Positions 1 to 10,165 of a stretch of 64,000 bases of DNA are shown here, piece by piece. This DNA comes from Candidatus Eiseniibacteriota bacterium. GTDB lineage: Bacteria; Eisenbacteria; RBG-16-71-46. Numbering within the stretch: the stretch's first letter is position 1; every line of letters starts with the position of its first letter. The notes below the pieces were generated by a model. The model had not been told where the DNA came from, did no database searches, and worked only from the letters and a program-made list of their open reading frames with translations. The stretch lies in assembly GCA_044223005.1 (NCBI GenBank), contig JBGAML010000003.1, positions 1 to 64,000 of the forward strand, read 5' to 3'. The position numbers and the translations under genes are program-made.

Positions 1-200
1 CGCTAGTGAGGTGAGGGCAGGATGCCCGAGCCGAACGTCCCCTCTTTCGCGGTACCACGCCCTCGAAGCGGTGGGGCGGACGACGAAGCGCTCCCGACAC
101 GCGACGAACGAGCGACACGACGCCACGGAGAGCACCACGAACAACGCACCCAACGCACACGGCAGAGCGCGACCGAGAACGCGACGCCGCGTGACGAACG

Positions 201-1058
201 TCAGTCGTGCGCGAGCGCAGAAGCCGGGCGTTCGGTGCGGGAGGCTCCGACGCTGGCGGCGATGACGCTCGCCATCGCGAGGAGCTGGAGCGGCGTCAGC
301 CATTCGCGCAACAGGAGCGCCGCGACCGCCGCCGCCACGGCCGGCTCCAGGCTCATCAGGATGCCGAACACGCGCGGCGAGAGCGTGCGCAGGGCGATCA
401 TCTCCAGGCTGTACGGGATCACCGAGCTCAGCAGGCCCACGAGCGCGCCCGACGCGACCAGCCGCGGTTCGAGCAGGCGCGCGCCCGCCGCGTGTATCGC
501 GAACGGTGCGACCCCCAGCGTCGCGATCGTGCTCGCGACCGCGAGGCCGTCGACGCCCGCCCAGCGGCGGCCCGTCGCCGCCGTCGCGACGATGTAGATC
601 GCCCAGCACGCGCCCGCCGTCGCCGCCAGGCCGAAGCCCGCGAGGTCGAGCCGGGTGCGCTCCGCGCCGAAGAGCGCGATGCCCACCGCCGCCAGTCCCA
701 CCCAGAGCAGGTCGCGCGGGCGCCGGCTCGCGGACGCGGCGAGCAGCAGCGGTCCCGTGAACTCGATCGTCACCGCGACGCCGAGCGGGATGCGCGCCAT
801 CGCTTCGTAGATCGACCAGTTCATCGCGCCGAGCACGCCACCCAGGGCCAGCACCGGCCACCAGTCGGACGCCGGCCGGCCGCGCCAGCGCGGGCGTGCG
901 AACGCGAGCAGGATCAACGAGCTCGTGCACAGGCGCAGGAACACCATGCCCACCGGCGGAATCACGGCGAAGAGGCCCTTGGAGATCCCGGCGCCGAACT
1001 GCACCGACAGGATCCCGATCAGCACGAGGCCGACGGGAGAGACGCGGGGCCTGGGCAC
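201..1058 (-). CDS. EamA/RhtA-family drug/metabolite transporter
   Basis: 285 aa, about 10 hydrophobic helices, motifs SVQFGA, IPLGVAVTIEFTGP, PYSLEMIAL..LMSLEP typical of RhtA-like EamA proteins. Confidence 0.9.
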   Translation of the reverse strand: MPRPRVSPVGLVLIGILSVQFGAGISKGLFAVIPPVGMVFLRLCTSSLILLAFARPRWRGRPASDWWPVLALGGVLGAMNWSIYEAMARIPLGVAVTIEFTGPLLLAASASRRPRDLLWVGLAAVGIALFGAERTRLDLAGFGLAATAGACWAIYIVATAATGRRWAGVDGLAVASTIATLGVAPFAIHAAGARLLEPRLVASGALVGLLSSVIPYSLEMIALRTLSPRVFGILMSLEPAVAAAVAALLLREWLTPLQLLAMASVIAASVGASRTERPASALAHD

Positions 1059-1074
1059 GGTGCCGCCGCGGCCG

Positions 1075-1728
1075 CTACGCGCCGACGGTCGTTCCGATCG
1101 TCACGCCGCGTTCGCGGAGCAACTCGCGGATCTTCGTCTTCACCAGGTCGATCGCCACCTTGTTGTGGCCACCGCCCGGGATGATCACGTCCGCGAATCG
1201 CTTGCTCGGCTCCACGAACTGCAGGTGCATCGGGCGCACGCTCTCTTCGTACTGGCGCAGGATCGAATCGACCGCGCGGCCGCGTTCGATCAGGTCGCGG
1301 CGCAGGCGGCGCACCAGGCGCACGTCCGCGTCCGCGTCGACGAAGAGCTTGATGTCCATGAGCGCGCGCAGTTCGGGCTCGTGGAAGATCAGGATGCCTT
1401 CCAGCACCACGACCTCGTGGTCGCTGATGCGGCGCGTCTCCGGCAGCCGGCAGTGCTGCGTGTAGTCGTAGACCGGCTGTTCGATCGCGTTGCCCTCGAG
1501 CAGCTCACGCAGGTGCTGCACCAGCAGCGTGTTGTCGAAGGCGTCCGGATGGTCGAAGTTGCGCGCCTCGCGATCCCGGAACGGGATCTCGTCGAGGTTC
1601 CGGTAGTAGGAGTCCTGGTCGATGACGACGACCTTGGCCGACCCCAGCTCGCGCACGATCGTGCGCGCCACCAGGGTCTTGCCGGAACCCGATCCTCCGG
1701 CGATGCCGATCAGGATGCGTCGCGCCAT
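1075..1728 (-). CDS. udk: Uridine kinase
   Basis: GIAGGSGSGKT P-loop, DQDSYY, NFDHPDAFD, VRPMHLQFVEPSKRFAD. Confidence 0.95.
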   Translation of the reverse strand: MARRILIGIAGGSGSGKTLVARTIVRELGSAKVVVIDQDSYYRNLDEIPFRDREARNFDHPDAFDNTLLVQHLRELLEGNAIEQPVYDYTQHCRLPETRRISDHEVVVLEGILIFHEPELRALMDIKLFVDADADVRLVRRLRRDLIERGRAVDSILRQYEESVRPMHLQFVEPSKRFADVIIPGGGHNKVAIDLVKTKIRELLRERGVTIGTTVGA

Positions 1729-1791
1729 GCCGCTCGCACGTTAGCAGCGCCGCGAAGCGACGGTCAATCCGGCGAGCGGCACGCGCGCGTT

Positions 1792-3147
1792 TCAGTGTTT
1801 CGGCAGCAGGAGCAGCGCGACCTGATGCTGCGGTTCGAGCATCCAGTCGACGAACCCGAGCGGCGCGAGCCGTGTCTGCTCGAATCGCGTCCGGTACTGG
1901 TCCCAGAAGGCATCGCCCTTCCAGAGAGCCTGGGTGGCGGCCGTGATCGCGATCGTGTTGAGAGGCGAGACCTGCACGCGGGCCATGCGCCGCACCGGCG
2001 GCGGCAGGGGGCCGCCCAGCAGCCAGTCGACGCTCGCCTTGGTCGACTCGAACATGTCGCGGAGCATCACCTTGTCCCGGACGTCGTACATGGATTCCTG
2101 CCAGTACGAGAGGACATCCTGCGCGGTCGCGAGCGGCCGGGCCGGTGGCACGTTGAAGCGCACGAGCGTGGGGTCTTCCATGACGGCGAAGTTGAACGCG
2201 CTGCCGATCGGCGGCATGGGCCGGCCCCCGCTCTGGTACCAGCTGCCGCCCGCGATCAGCGAGGCGAGGTAGAAGGACGGGTGCAGAGTGTCCTCGAGCG
2301 CGGGGGCGATGACGCCCACCGCGCCGATCGGGGTCGTGAGCCCGGGCAGCGTCGCCTGGTGCCAGCCGCTCTGGCGCGCCGGGAGCGCCGCTTCGGCCTG
2401 GGCGGTGCCGGCGGGAATGTCGCCGAAGAGGTCGTGCACCAGAGCGCGCAGGTCCAGCCCCGTGAAATCACCCGCCAGCGACAGCGACGCGTTGGCTGGA
2501 ACGTAATATCGTTTCAGCAGTTGCGTCGCCTCCTCCGGCGTCAGCGATGCGATGCCCCTGGCTGCGGCGGCGTCGAGCAGCTGGGTATCGCTCGCGCCCT
2601 CGGCCACGCCACGGATGCGGTGGTAGAGCACCAGCGTGGGGTCCCCGAAGAGCGTCTGGGCGGACTGTGCGCGGACGTACGCGCGGGCACGCGAGAGGCT
2701 GCTGTCACTGATCTGGACGCCGTGCGCACGCGCGGCCACCTGCTGGAGCACGCCCGGGAACCGCTGGCGCGACGCGATTTCCGAGAGCACCGTCACGTAG
2801 TCGTTGGCACGCAGGTCCCAGCCGTCGGGCCGCACGCTGGAAAGCTCGTCGCGACTGCGCTCGGGGACGTCGCCGGCCGCGGAGGTGAACTGCAGTTCCG
2901 CCAGCATCGCGGCCAGGCCCGGCCGGTTGGGCGGCATCGCGAGCTGCCCGGCGCGGTACCCCATGGCGATGGCGACGCCGGAGGCGCCGGGGATGTTGCG
3001 GACGCGCACTTCCAGGCCGTTTTCCAGCCGCCAGCGTTCGGTCGTCGTGCTGTCGATGCCGACCGCGGCGTGGGCCGGGGTCGCCAGGGCGAGAGTCACC
3101 GCCACCAGGGCGGCTGGGACGATCGAGGCGAGAATCGAGCGGGACAC
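1792..3147 (-). CDS. Exported M16 (insulinase) family protein, probably catalytically inactive
   Basis: GTG start at 3147 after GAGGAG; signal peptide ending PAHA; RLENGLEV and YYVPANASLSLAGDF are M16 hallmarks; HXXEH position reads AMLAE. Confidence 0.8.
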   Translation of the reverse strand: MSRSILASIVPAALVAVTLALATPAHAAVGIDSTTTERWRLENGLEVRVRNIPGASGVAIAMGYRAGQLAMPPNRPGLAAMLAELQFTSAAGDVPERSRDELSSVRPDGWDLRANDYVTVLSEIASRQRFPGVLQQVAARAHGVQISDSSLSRARAYVRAQSAQTLFGDPTLVLYHRIRGVAEGASDTQLLDAAAARGIASLTPEEATQLLKRYYVPANASLSLAGDFTGLDLRALVHDLFGDIPAGTAQAEAALPARQSGWHQATLPGLTTPIGAVGVIAPALEDTLHPSFYLASLIAGGSWYQSGGRPMPPIGSAFNFAVMEDPTLVRFNVPPARPLATAQDVLSYWQESMYDVRDKVMLRDMFESTKASVDWLLGGPLPPPVRRMARVQVSPLNTIAITAATQALWKGDAFWDQYRTRFEQTRLAPLGFVDWMLEPQHQVALLLLPKH

Positions 3148-3291
3148 GGAGTCTCCTCGGGGCGCTGTGGATAACGGGGGAGCGGACACCGGCAACCGGC
3201 TGCCGTTGCGGCGGGAAAGTCTACCACGGGTCTCCGGACAGGTTTCGGCAATGTTGTGAGGAACGCCCGGTCCGACTAGACTGCACCGTCC

Positions 3292-3870
3292 ATGACTCAT
3301 CCTGATGAAACAACCGTCCGGCGGCTCGTTCGCGAGGCCATCGATCGCGCACTCGGGCCCGAGTCCGGGGCGCCGAAGGCCGCCCCCGCGGAAGCGCCGG
3401 CCGCTCGCCCGATCTCGCCGAAGCGGGTCGCGATCGGATGCGACCACGGCGGTCTCGCGCTCAAGGACGTCCTCAAGCGCGCCATCGCCGAGGAGATGGG
3501 CTGGCAGGTGCAGGACTGCGGCACGCATTCGAGCGACGCGGTCGACTACCCGGACTTCGCCGCGGCCGTCGCGCGCGAGGTGGCCTCGGGGCGCGCGGCG
3601 CGCGGGATCGTGATCGACTCTGCCGGCATCGGTTCGACCATGGCGGCGAACAAAGTCGCGGGCGTGCGATGTGCCCTCTGCCACGACGACGCGACGGTGC
3701 TCAACAGCCGCGAGCACAACGACGCGAACGTGCTCGCACTCGGGGCGCGGGTCGTGAACCGGGGAGCCGCGACGCGAATGGTGAGGCTGTTCCTCGAAAC
3801 GGATTTCGCCGGCGGCCGCCACGAGCGCCGGGTACGCAAGATCATGGCGTTGGAGCGAAGCCAGGGCTGA
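3292..3870 (+). CDS. rpiB: Ribose-5-phosphate isomerase B with ~44-aa N-terminal extension
   Basis: IGCDHGG, VDYPDFA, ANKVAGVRCA, SREHNDANVL, GGRHERRV. Confidence 0.93.
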   Translation: MTHPDETTVRRLVREAIDRALGPESGAPKAAPAEAPAARPISPKRVAIGCDHGGLALKDVLKRAIAEEMGWQVQDCGTHSSDAVDYPDFAAAVAREVASGRAARGIVIDSAGIGSTMAANKVAGVRCALCHDDATVLNSREHNDANVLALGARVVNRGAATRMVRLFLETDFAGGRHERRVRKIMALERSQG

Positions 3871-3929
3871 GCTCCGACGCCTGAATCATTTTCGGGCGCC
3901 GACGACGCGCCGGGAGTAAGAACCAACCG

Positions 3930-5003
3930 ATGAAGCTCTCGCTGGACGTCATCCGCCGCCTGCCCAAGACCGAACTGCATTGCCACCTCGACGGCAGCGT
4001 CCGTCCGCGTACGGTGCTCGAGCTCGCGGAGCACCAGGGCGTGAAGCTGCCGACGACGAACCTCGTCAAGCTCACGCGCCTGATGCAGGCCGGCCGCCGC
4101 ACCCGCAATCTCGGCGACTACCTCAAGATCTTCGACATCACGCTGAGCGTGATGCAGGAGAAGGACGCGCTCTACCGGATCGCGTACGAGCTCGTCGAGG
4201 ACTGCGCCGCGGAGAGCGTCCGCCATCTCGAGGTGCGCTACTCGCCGATCCTGCACCGCAAGAAGCGACTGTCGTTCGAGGACATCGTCGATCCGGTGAT
4301 CGCGGGACTGCGTGACGCCGGCGCCAAGCACGACGTCTCGACCGGCGTGATCATCTGTGGCATCCGCTCGATGCCGCCGCGGACGTCCGTGGCGCTCGCG
4401 GAACTGGCCGTCGCCTACCGCGGCCGCGGCGTGCTCGCGTTCGACCTCGCGGGCCAGGAGCGGGACTACCCCGCCAAGGCCCACCGCGAGGCGTTCGCGA
4501 TCGTGCACAAGAACCACATTAATTCGACCGTCCATGCCGGCGAGGCCTTCGGCCCCTCCAGCATCGCTCAGGCCCTGCACTACTGTGGCGCGCATCGCAT
4601 CGGCCACGGGACGCGGCTGCTCGAGGACGACGACCTGCTTCGCTACGTGCGCGATCACCGTGTGCCGCTCGAGATGTGCCTCAGCTCGAACGTGCAGACG
4701 CGCGTGGCCAAGACCCCGTCGGCTCACCCGTTCGGGCAGTACTTCCGGCAGGGACTGCGGGTGACGCTGAACACGGACAACCGGCTGATGAGTGCGACGA
4801 CCGTCACCGAGGAAATCGCACTCGCGGCCCGGGCGTTCCGGCTCAGTCCCTACGAGATCAAGCGCATCATCATCAACGGCTTCAAGAGCGCCTTCATGCC
4901 GTATCCGCAGAAGGCGCGGATGCTGCGCGAGGTCAACCTCGAGATCGATCGCGTCTTCATGGACGCGTTTCCACAGGAGTACGACCTTCGCGGAAGTTAT
5001 TGA
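3930..5003 (+). CDS. add: Adenosine deaminase
   Basis: PKTELHCHLDGS, TVHAGE, RIGHG, LEMCLSSN, TLNTDN. Confidence 0.93.
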   Translation: MKLSLDVIRRLPKTELHCHLDGSVRPRTVLELAEHQGVKLPTTNLVKLTRLMQAGRRTRNLGDYLKIFDITLSVMQEKDALYRIAYELVEDCAAESVRHLEVRYSPILHRKKRLSFEDIVDPVIAGLRDAGAKHDVSTGVIICGIRSMPPRTSVALAELAVAYRGRGVLAFDLAGQERDYPAKAHREAFAIVHKNHINSTVHAGEAFGPSSIAQALHYCGAHRIGHGTRLLEDDDLLRYVRDHRVPLEMCLSSNVQTRVAKTPSAHPFGQYFRQGLRVTLNTDNRLMSATTVTEEIALAARAFRLSPYEIKRIIINGFKSAFMPYPQKARMLREVNLEIDRVFMDAFPQEYDLRGSY

Positions 5004-5113
5004 GCCCCTTCGGGGACGTTCGCGTCGCCGCAACTGGTAACCGAATGGCTACTTGTCCCCCGGTTCGGGCCCCGCTACGGTCGGGCTCCTTACCCCAACA
5101 CCGTGTGGAATCC

Positions 5114-7906
5114 ATGAGACTTCTACGCCAATTCCTCCTCATCGGCGCGACGCTCCTGAGCCTCGTTCCGCCCGCACATGCGGCGGACGTCGGGACCGTC
5201 GCGGGACGCGTGGTCGACAAACGCACGGGCCACGCGATACCATTCGCATCCGTGTCCATCCCGGCCGCCAAGCGCGGCGGGCTGACGGACTCGGAAGGCC
5301 AGTACACCCTTCCCGGCGTGCCGCCCGGAACGTACGAGGTGAAGGTCCAATTCCTCGGCTACCGGCCCGGCTCCAACCCCGCGGTGGTCGTCGCGGTCGG
5401 CAAGGTGACGACGGTCAACTTCCAGCTCGAGGACATCGTCGTCCGCGAGGAGAAGGCCGTCGAAGTCACTGCCGAACGCCGGCTCGTCGAGGTGAAGCAG
5501 GGTGCGACCGTCCGCAGCGTCAACGCGAACGACATCCGCAACCTCGCCGTGACGACGGTCGGTGACGTGCTCCAGCAGCAGGCGGGCATCAGCACCGACG
5601 CCGAGCAGATCCACATCCGTGGCGGCCGCGCCGACGAGACGGTCTTCGTCGTGAACGGCGTCGCGAACCGCGACCTGGTGACCGGCCAGTCCACGGCCGG
5701 CCAGCTCAACGCGCGCTCGGTCTCCGAGGTCAACGTCGCCACCGGCGCGTACGACGTTCGCTACGGCAACGCGCTCTCCGGCGTCGTCGAGATCAAGCTG
5801 AAGGAAGGCACCGACAAGTACCAGATGGGTGTCACCACCGCGACGGGCAGCTACGGCGGCCGCATGTGGCAGACGGTGACGAGCGGGCCGGATCCGCTCT
5901 TCTCGCCGATCCTGCGCCGGATCGGGATCAAGATCCCCGGCACGGTGACGTCGCTGGTCGACCTCTCGGGCTCGCTGTCCGAGACGCGCTACAGCTATCT
6001 CGGCACGTCGGGCATGTCGCTCCTCGACCGCACGCTCCGGCCGCCGGTGCTGCACCCGCGGCTCAAGTCCAGCTACGAGGACTCGTTCTTCGGCCACAAG
6101 TTCACGTACCCCGACTACTGGTCGCCCGCCGAGGACAATCGCTGGGCCGGCCGCTACGGGCTCTACTGGAAGCCGAACGACCGCGACAAGCTGAGCTACA
6201 CGTTCTCCAAGCGCATCGCGATCGACCAGGGCTTCAGCCGCACGTTCCTCACCGCGAACGGCGACCTCGGCGATCCCGCGTACCCGTGGCAGTGGTATCA
6301 CCGCATCGGCCACGCGGCGACGTTCTTCGAGGACAACGTCCAGTCGAACCTGCAGTGGCGCCGCACGCTGTCGACCACGGGCTACACCGAGGCGCAGATC
6401 TCGCGCTACTTCTTCGCGCAGCGCCAGGACGTGGCAGGCAAGCTGTGGCAGGACTACGTCGAGCCCGACGATCGCTCGGCGTTCCCGGTCGGCGACCCGC
6501 GCCGCGACGACTACTTCCTCGACACCGGCGACAACTATCAGTGGTCCGACCGCCGCACGACCAGCTGGGGCCTGTCGTGGAGCGTCACGCAGCGGCTGCA
6601 CCACAACGAGATCGAGGCCGGGTTCGAGCACCAGTTCCAGACGGTCCAGTACTTCGACGTCGAGAACCCGTGGATCTACGACCCCAACGGTCTCGGCTCG
6701 AGCCACGACCAGTGGCTGGTCCACCCGTGGGTCGGCGACGTGTTCCTCCGCGACCGGATCGAATACGAAGGCTTCACGGCCAACATCGGCGTGCGCGGCG
6801 ACTACTGGGTGATCGGGCGCGAGGCCGAGGAGGCCATGGCCGACACCACGCGCCACAACATCTCGGCGACGCAGCGCACCGGCTTCTACAGCGACACGCA
6901 GTCGTTGTTCGGTCGCCGCATGAAACTGCACATCTCGCCCCGCGTGATCGTGTCGCACCCGATCTCCGAGAACAGCAGCTTCTTCTTCAACTACGGCGAG
7001 TTCACGCAGACGCCGTCGTACCGCTACGTGTACTCGAAGCTGAACTCGATCTCGAGCGAGTCGTTCCCGCTGCAGGGCAACCCGAACATCAACCCGCAGG
7101 TCTCGGTGAACTACGAAGTCGGCGCCAAGGACCAGTTCCTGCCGACCACCGCGATGAACGTCACGTTCTTCGTGCGTGACGTCTACGACTACCCGAGCGC
7201 CACGCGCGTCGACCCCGTGTCGGGCACGAACCTGCAGTCCTACTTCGTCTACCTGAACGGCCACTTCGCCCGCTCGAAGGGCGTCGAGGTCGAGATCGAG
7301 AAGCGCCGCTCGAACCACTGGGCGGGCAAGCTCTCGTACTCGTACCAGCAGACGAAGGGCAAGAGCAGCAACCCGAACGAGGAGCGCGCGCTGCAGGAGA
7401 TCGGTGGCAGCTCCGAGACGCGGCTGTCCGAGGTGTTCGTGAGCTGGAACCGTCCGCACAAGCTCACGGCCAACTTCGACGCGCGCTGGGACAAGGACGG
7501 CCCGCGCATCCTGCCGTTCATGAAGCAGTTCGGTTTCAACTTCTTCGTGCAGGGCATGTCCGGACGCGCGTACACGCCCAAGGACATCAACAACATCAAC
7601 GCGGTCGGCCTGCCGTACTCGCACAACGCGCCGATCCAGTTCACGACCGACTTCAAGATGAACCGCTACTTCAAGGCGGGCTCGCGGCGCTTCGACATCG
7701 CACTGCAGGGCACGAACATCTTCAGCAACAAGCTCGTCTACCGCGTCGACCCGATCACCGGGAAGGGCTACGTCTGGGGGCAGGGGCAGTTCGACTCGGC
7801 CAACATCCGCGGCCTGAACGACTACGTCTACACCGGTACCGTCAGCGATCCGTCGAACTACGGCAGCGGTGCCCAGTGGAGGCTGCAGCTCGATGTGGAC
7901 CTCTAG
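5114..7906 (+). CDS. TonB-dependent outer-membrane receptor with N-terminal carboxypeptidase-like regulatory domain
   Basis: Signal peptide MRLLRQFLL..AHA; VAGRVVDKRTG..TDSEGQY domain; plug motif IHIRGGR..VVNGV, YGNALSGVV; GNPNINPQ..YEVG barrel motifs. Confidence 0.92.
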   Translation: MRLLRQFLLIGATLLSLVPPAHAADVGTVAGRVVDKRTGHAIPFASVSIPAAKRGGLTDSEGQYTLPGVPPGTYEVKVQFLGYRPGSNPAVVVAVGKVTTVNFQLEDIVVREEKAVEVTAERRLVEVKQGATVRSVNANDIRNLAVTTVGDVLQQQAGISTDAEQIHIRGGRADETVFVVNGVANRDLVTGQSTAGQLNARSVSEVNVATGAYDVRYGNALSGVVEIKLKEGTDKYQMGVTTATGSYGGRMWQTVTSGPDPLFSPILRRIGIKIPGTVTSLVDLSGSLSETRYSYLGTSGMSLLDRTLRPPVLHPRLKSSYEDSFFGHKFTYPDYWSPAEDNRWAGRYGLYWKPNDRDKLSYTFSKRIAIDQGFSRTFLTANGDLGDPAYPWQWYHRIGHAATFFEDNVQSNLQWRRTLSTTGYTEAQISRYFFAQRQDVAGKLWQDYVEPDDRSAFPVGDPRRDDYFLDTGDNYQWSDRRTTSWGLSWSVTQRLHHNEIEAGFEHQFQTVQYFDVENPWIYDPNGLGSSHDQWLVHPWVGDVFLRDRIEYEGFTANIGVRGDYWVIGREAEEAMADTTRHNISATQRTGFYSDTQSLFGRRMKLHISPRVIVSHPISENSSFFFNYGEFTQTPSYRYVYSKLNSISSESFPLQGNPNINPQVSVNYEVGAKDQFLPTTAMNVTFFVRDVYDYPSATRVDPVSGTNLQSYFVYLNGHFARSKGVEVEIEKRRSNHWAGKLSYSYQQTKGKSSNPNEERALQEIGGSSETRLSEVFVSWNRPHKLTANFDARWDKDGPRILPFMKQFGFNFFVQGMSGRAYTPKDINNINAVGLPYSHNAPIQFTTDFKMNRYFKAGSRRFDIALQGTNIFSNKLVYRVDPITGKGYVWGQGQFDSANIRGLNDYVYTGTVSDPSNYGSGAQWRLQLDVDL

Positions 7907-8894
7907 CCTCCGCGCGGCTTTCGCCGCCACGTTCGCGCTCGCGCTCCTCGCGCCGCTCGCGTCCGCCCAGGGTGACCTCGGCGGCCAGCGTGCCGGCACG
8001 GCTTCCGGTACGTTCCTCCAGATCGGCGTCGGCGCCCGCGCCGTCGGGCTCGGCGAGACGTTCGTCGCCGTCGCCAACGATCCGAGTGCCATCTACTGGA
8101 ATCCCGCCGGCCTCGCGTCGCTCCAGCGCCGCGAAGTCGCCGCGTCGCACACCGACTGGCCGGCCGACATCCACTACGACCACGTCACGTACGTGCTGCC
8201 CTCGCGCAAGCTGGGCGGTTCGCTGGCGATCCAGTTCGGGATGCTGTCCACGAACATCGCGGAGACGACCGAGCTGCAGCCTTACGGCACCGGCCGCTCG
8301 TTCGGCTACTCCGACATGGTGGTCGGGGTCGCGTTCGCGCGGCGCTGGACCGACAAGCTGCTCGTCGGCGCCGGCGCCAAGTTCATCCGCGAGGACCTGG
8401 GGTCGCAGGTCGGCGGGCCCGTCACCAAGGCGGCGCTGTTCGACATGGGCTCGATCTACTACCTCGGGCTCGGCAGCGTGCGCATCGCGACATCGCTCAC
8501 CAACTTCGGTTCCGAGCTCAAGCCGTCGGGCCACTACGTCTCGCCGTACTCGGGCGAGGTCCGCAACTACGACGGTTTCGATCCGCCGCTCATGTTCCGC
8601 TACGGCGTCGCGTTCGAGCCGATCGAGAAGGCGAACCAGCGCCTCACGACCTCGTTCGAGGTCGACCAGCCCGCCGACAACGAGCAGCAGCTCAAGGCCG
8701 GCGCGGAATGGAACTACGCGCGCACGTTCGCGCTCCGCACGGGTTACAACTTCCGCGCCGACGAGCTGAAGTTCAGCGCCGGCGCCGGGTTCACGGCCAA
8801 TCTCGGCACGCTCCACGGCACGCTCGACTACGCCTACACCGACGGCGGGTTCCTGGGCGCGGTCCAGCGCGTGACGCTGGGGGTTCGTTTCTGA
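7893..8894 (+). CDS. PorV/PorQ (UPF0164/FadL-like) outer-membrane beta-barrel
   Basis: FLQIGVGARAVGLGETFVAVANDPSAIYWNPAGL signature; C-terminal VTLGVRF; start overlaps the receptor stop. Confidence 0.88.
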   Translation: MWTSSLRAAFAATFALALLAPLASAQGDLGGQRAGTASGTFLQIGVGARAVGLGETFVAVANDPSAIYWNPAGLASLQRREVAASHTDWPADIHYDHVTYVLPSRKLGGSLAIQFGMLSTNIAETTELQPYGTGRSFGYSDMVVGVAFARRWTDKLLVGAGAKFIREDLGSQVGGPVTKAALFDMGSIYYLGLGSVRIATSLTNFGSELKPSGHYVSPYSGEVRNYDGFDPPLMFRYGVAFEPIEKANQRLTTSFEVDQPADNEQQLKAGAEWNYARTFALRTGYNFRADELKFSAGAGFTANLGTLHGTLDYAYTDGGFLGAVQRVTLGVRF

Positions 8895-10165
8895 TGCGCC
8901 GCTCGATCGTCGTTCTCGTTTCGCTCCTCGTCCTCGGGCTTTCGCTCGCGGGGTGTGGCGGCAAGTTCCAGCTCCCGACCGAAAAGAAGGTGGCGGCGGT
9001 CCCCACGGACAAGAGCTACCAGATGCTCGCGACGTGGAAGGGCATGACCGGCATCCGCGACCTGCTCGTAACGCAGGGCAAGGGCTCGCAGCTCTTCATG
9101 GTCTTCTCCAAGTACCCGCCCGCCGACACGCTCGACGCGCTGCGGCTCTCGAACCCCACGTTCGTGCCGCCGGTGCAGGGTGGCTGGGCGGCGCCGAGCA
9201 CGCCGCAGGGCGCGGTCTACCTGTACGCGTTCAGCACGCCGACCAACATCGGCCCGCCGTACTTCACGCCGCCCCGGGGGCTCTTCAACCCGATCGCGGT
9301 GGCCGCGGCGCAGAACCGGCTCTTCGTGCTGGACCAGGGTGACTCGTGCGCGGCCCGCTACGACGTCCGGCGCGGCACCTGCATGGCGGACGAGGACACC
9401 ACGCACGCGACGGGGCATCCGTTCCCGGACATCATCCGCAACTACAACGCGGTGTGGCGCGTGCGCGAGTACCCGCTCGGCGGCGGGGACACGCTCTCGA
9501 CGTTCACCGACACGACCTTCGCGCAGGTCTACGGCATCGGCGCGGACGACCAGGGACACGTCTACGTCTCCGGCGTCGCCTGCCTGCTCGACACGCTCAA
9601 GGACGACCAGCGCATTCGCACGCGCAAGTTCCTTTCGCGCATCTTCCGCTACTCGCGCGGGCCCAAGTACACCGGGCTCGTGCCCGACGGCCTCAACTGG
9701 GACGTCAACATGCCGGGCGCGCAGTGGCACCGCGACACGACCTGGGTGGTCTTCGACGGCACCGGGGCTTCCTCGGTCAACGACCCGCGCGGCATCACGT
9801 GGACGTCGACCGGGACGGGCGGGATCTTCATCGCCGACAAGGCCAACAACGCGGCGAAGCTGGTTTCGGCGAACCAGATCGGCGTCGGGTTCGTGAAGTT
9901 CGACGGCCGCGAAACGGAAGTGAACTTCGACTCGCCCGAAGCCGTGGCCATGGACCTGCAGGCGTTCATGTACGTGGTCGACCGCAACAACCGTCGCGTC
10001 GTGCGTTACGACTCGAACGGCAACTTCATCCAGCAGGTCAACGTCGAAAACAACACCGACGGCCTGCCGCTGCTCGATCCGATCGCCGTGGGCGTGGACG
10101 ACTCGCTCGCGTACATCGCCGATCGCGGTCGCGGCCAGGTCATTCGCTACAAGAGGCGTCCGTGA
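8894..10165 (+). CDS. Lipoprotein with NHL-type beta-propeller
   Basis: Lipobox LAGC; repeats NPIAVAA..LFVLD, DPRGI..IFIAD, SPEAVAMD..YVVDRNN, DPIAVGVD..YIAD; TGATG coupling to upstream gene. Confidence 0.82.
   Translation: MRRSIVVLVSLLVLGLSLAGCGGKFQLPTEKKVAAVPTDKSYQMLATWKGMTGIRDLLVTQGKGSQLFMVFSKYPPADTLDALRLSNPTFVPPVQGGWAAPSTPQGAVYLYAFSTPTNIGPPYFTPPRGLFNPIAVAAAQNRLFVLDQGDSCAARYDVRRGTCMADEDTTHATGHPFPDIIRNYNAVWRVREYPLGGGDTLSTFTDTTFAQVYGIGADDQGHVYVSGVACLLDTLKDDQRIRTRKFLSRIFRYSRGPKYTGLVPDGLNWDVNMPGAQWHRDTTWVVFDGTGASSVNDPRGITWTSTGTGGIFIADKANNAAKLVSANQIGVGFVKFDGRETEVNFDSPEAVAMDLQAFMYVVDRNNRRVVRYDSNGNFIQQVNVENNTDGLPLLDPIAVGVDDSLAYIADRGRGQVIRYKRRP

Noticed and set aside
1..200. T-box-like GTGGTACCGCG on the minus strand and ACG-rich low-complexity tract
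   Set aside because: No recognisable stem I or antiterminator, and the downstream gene is outside the window; cannot be supported
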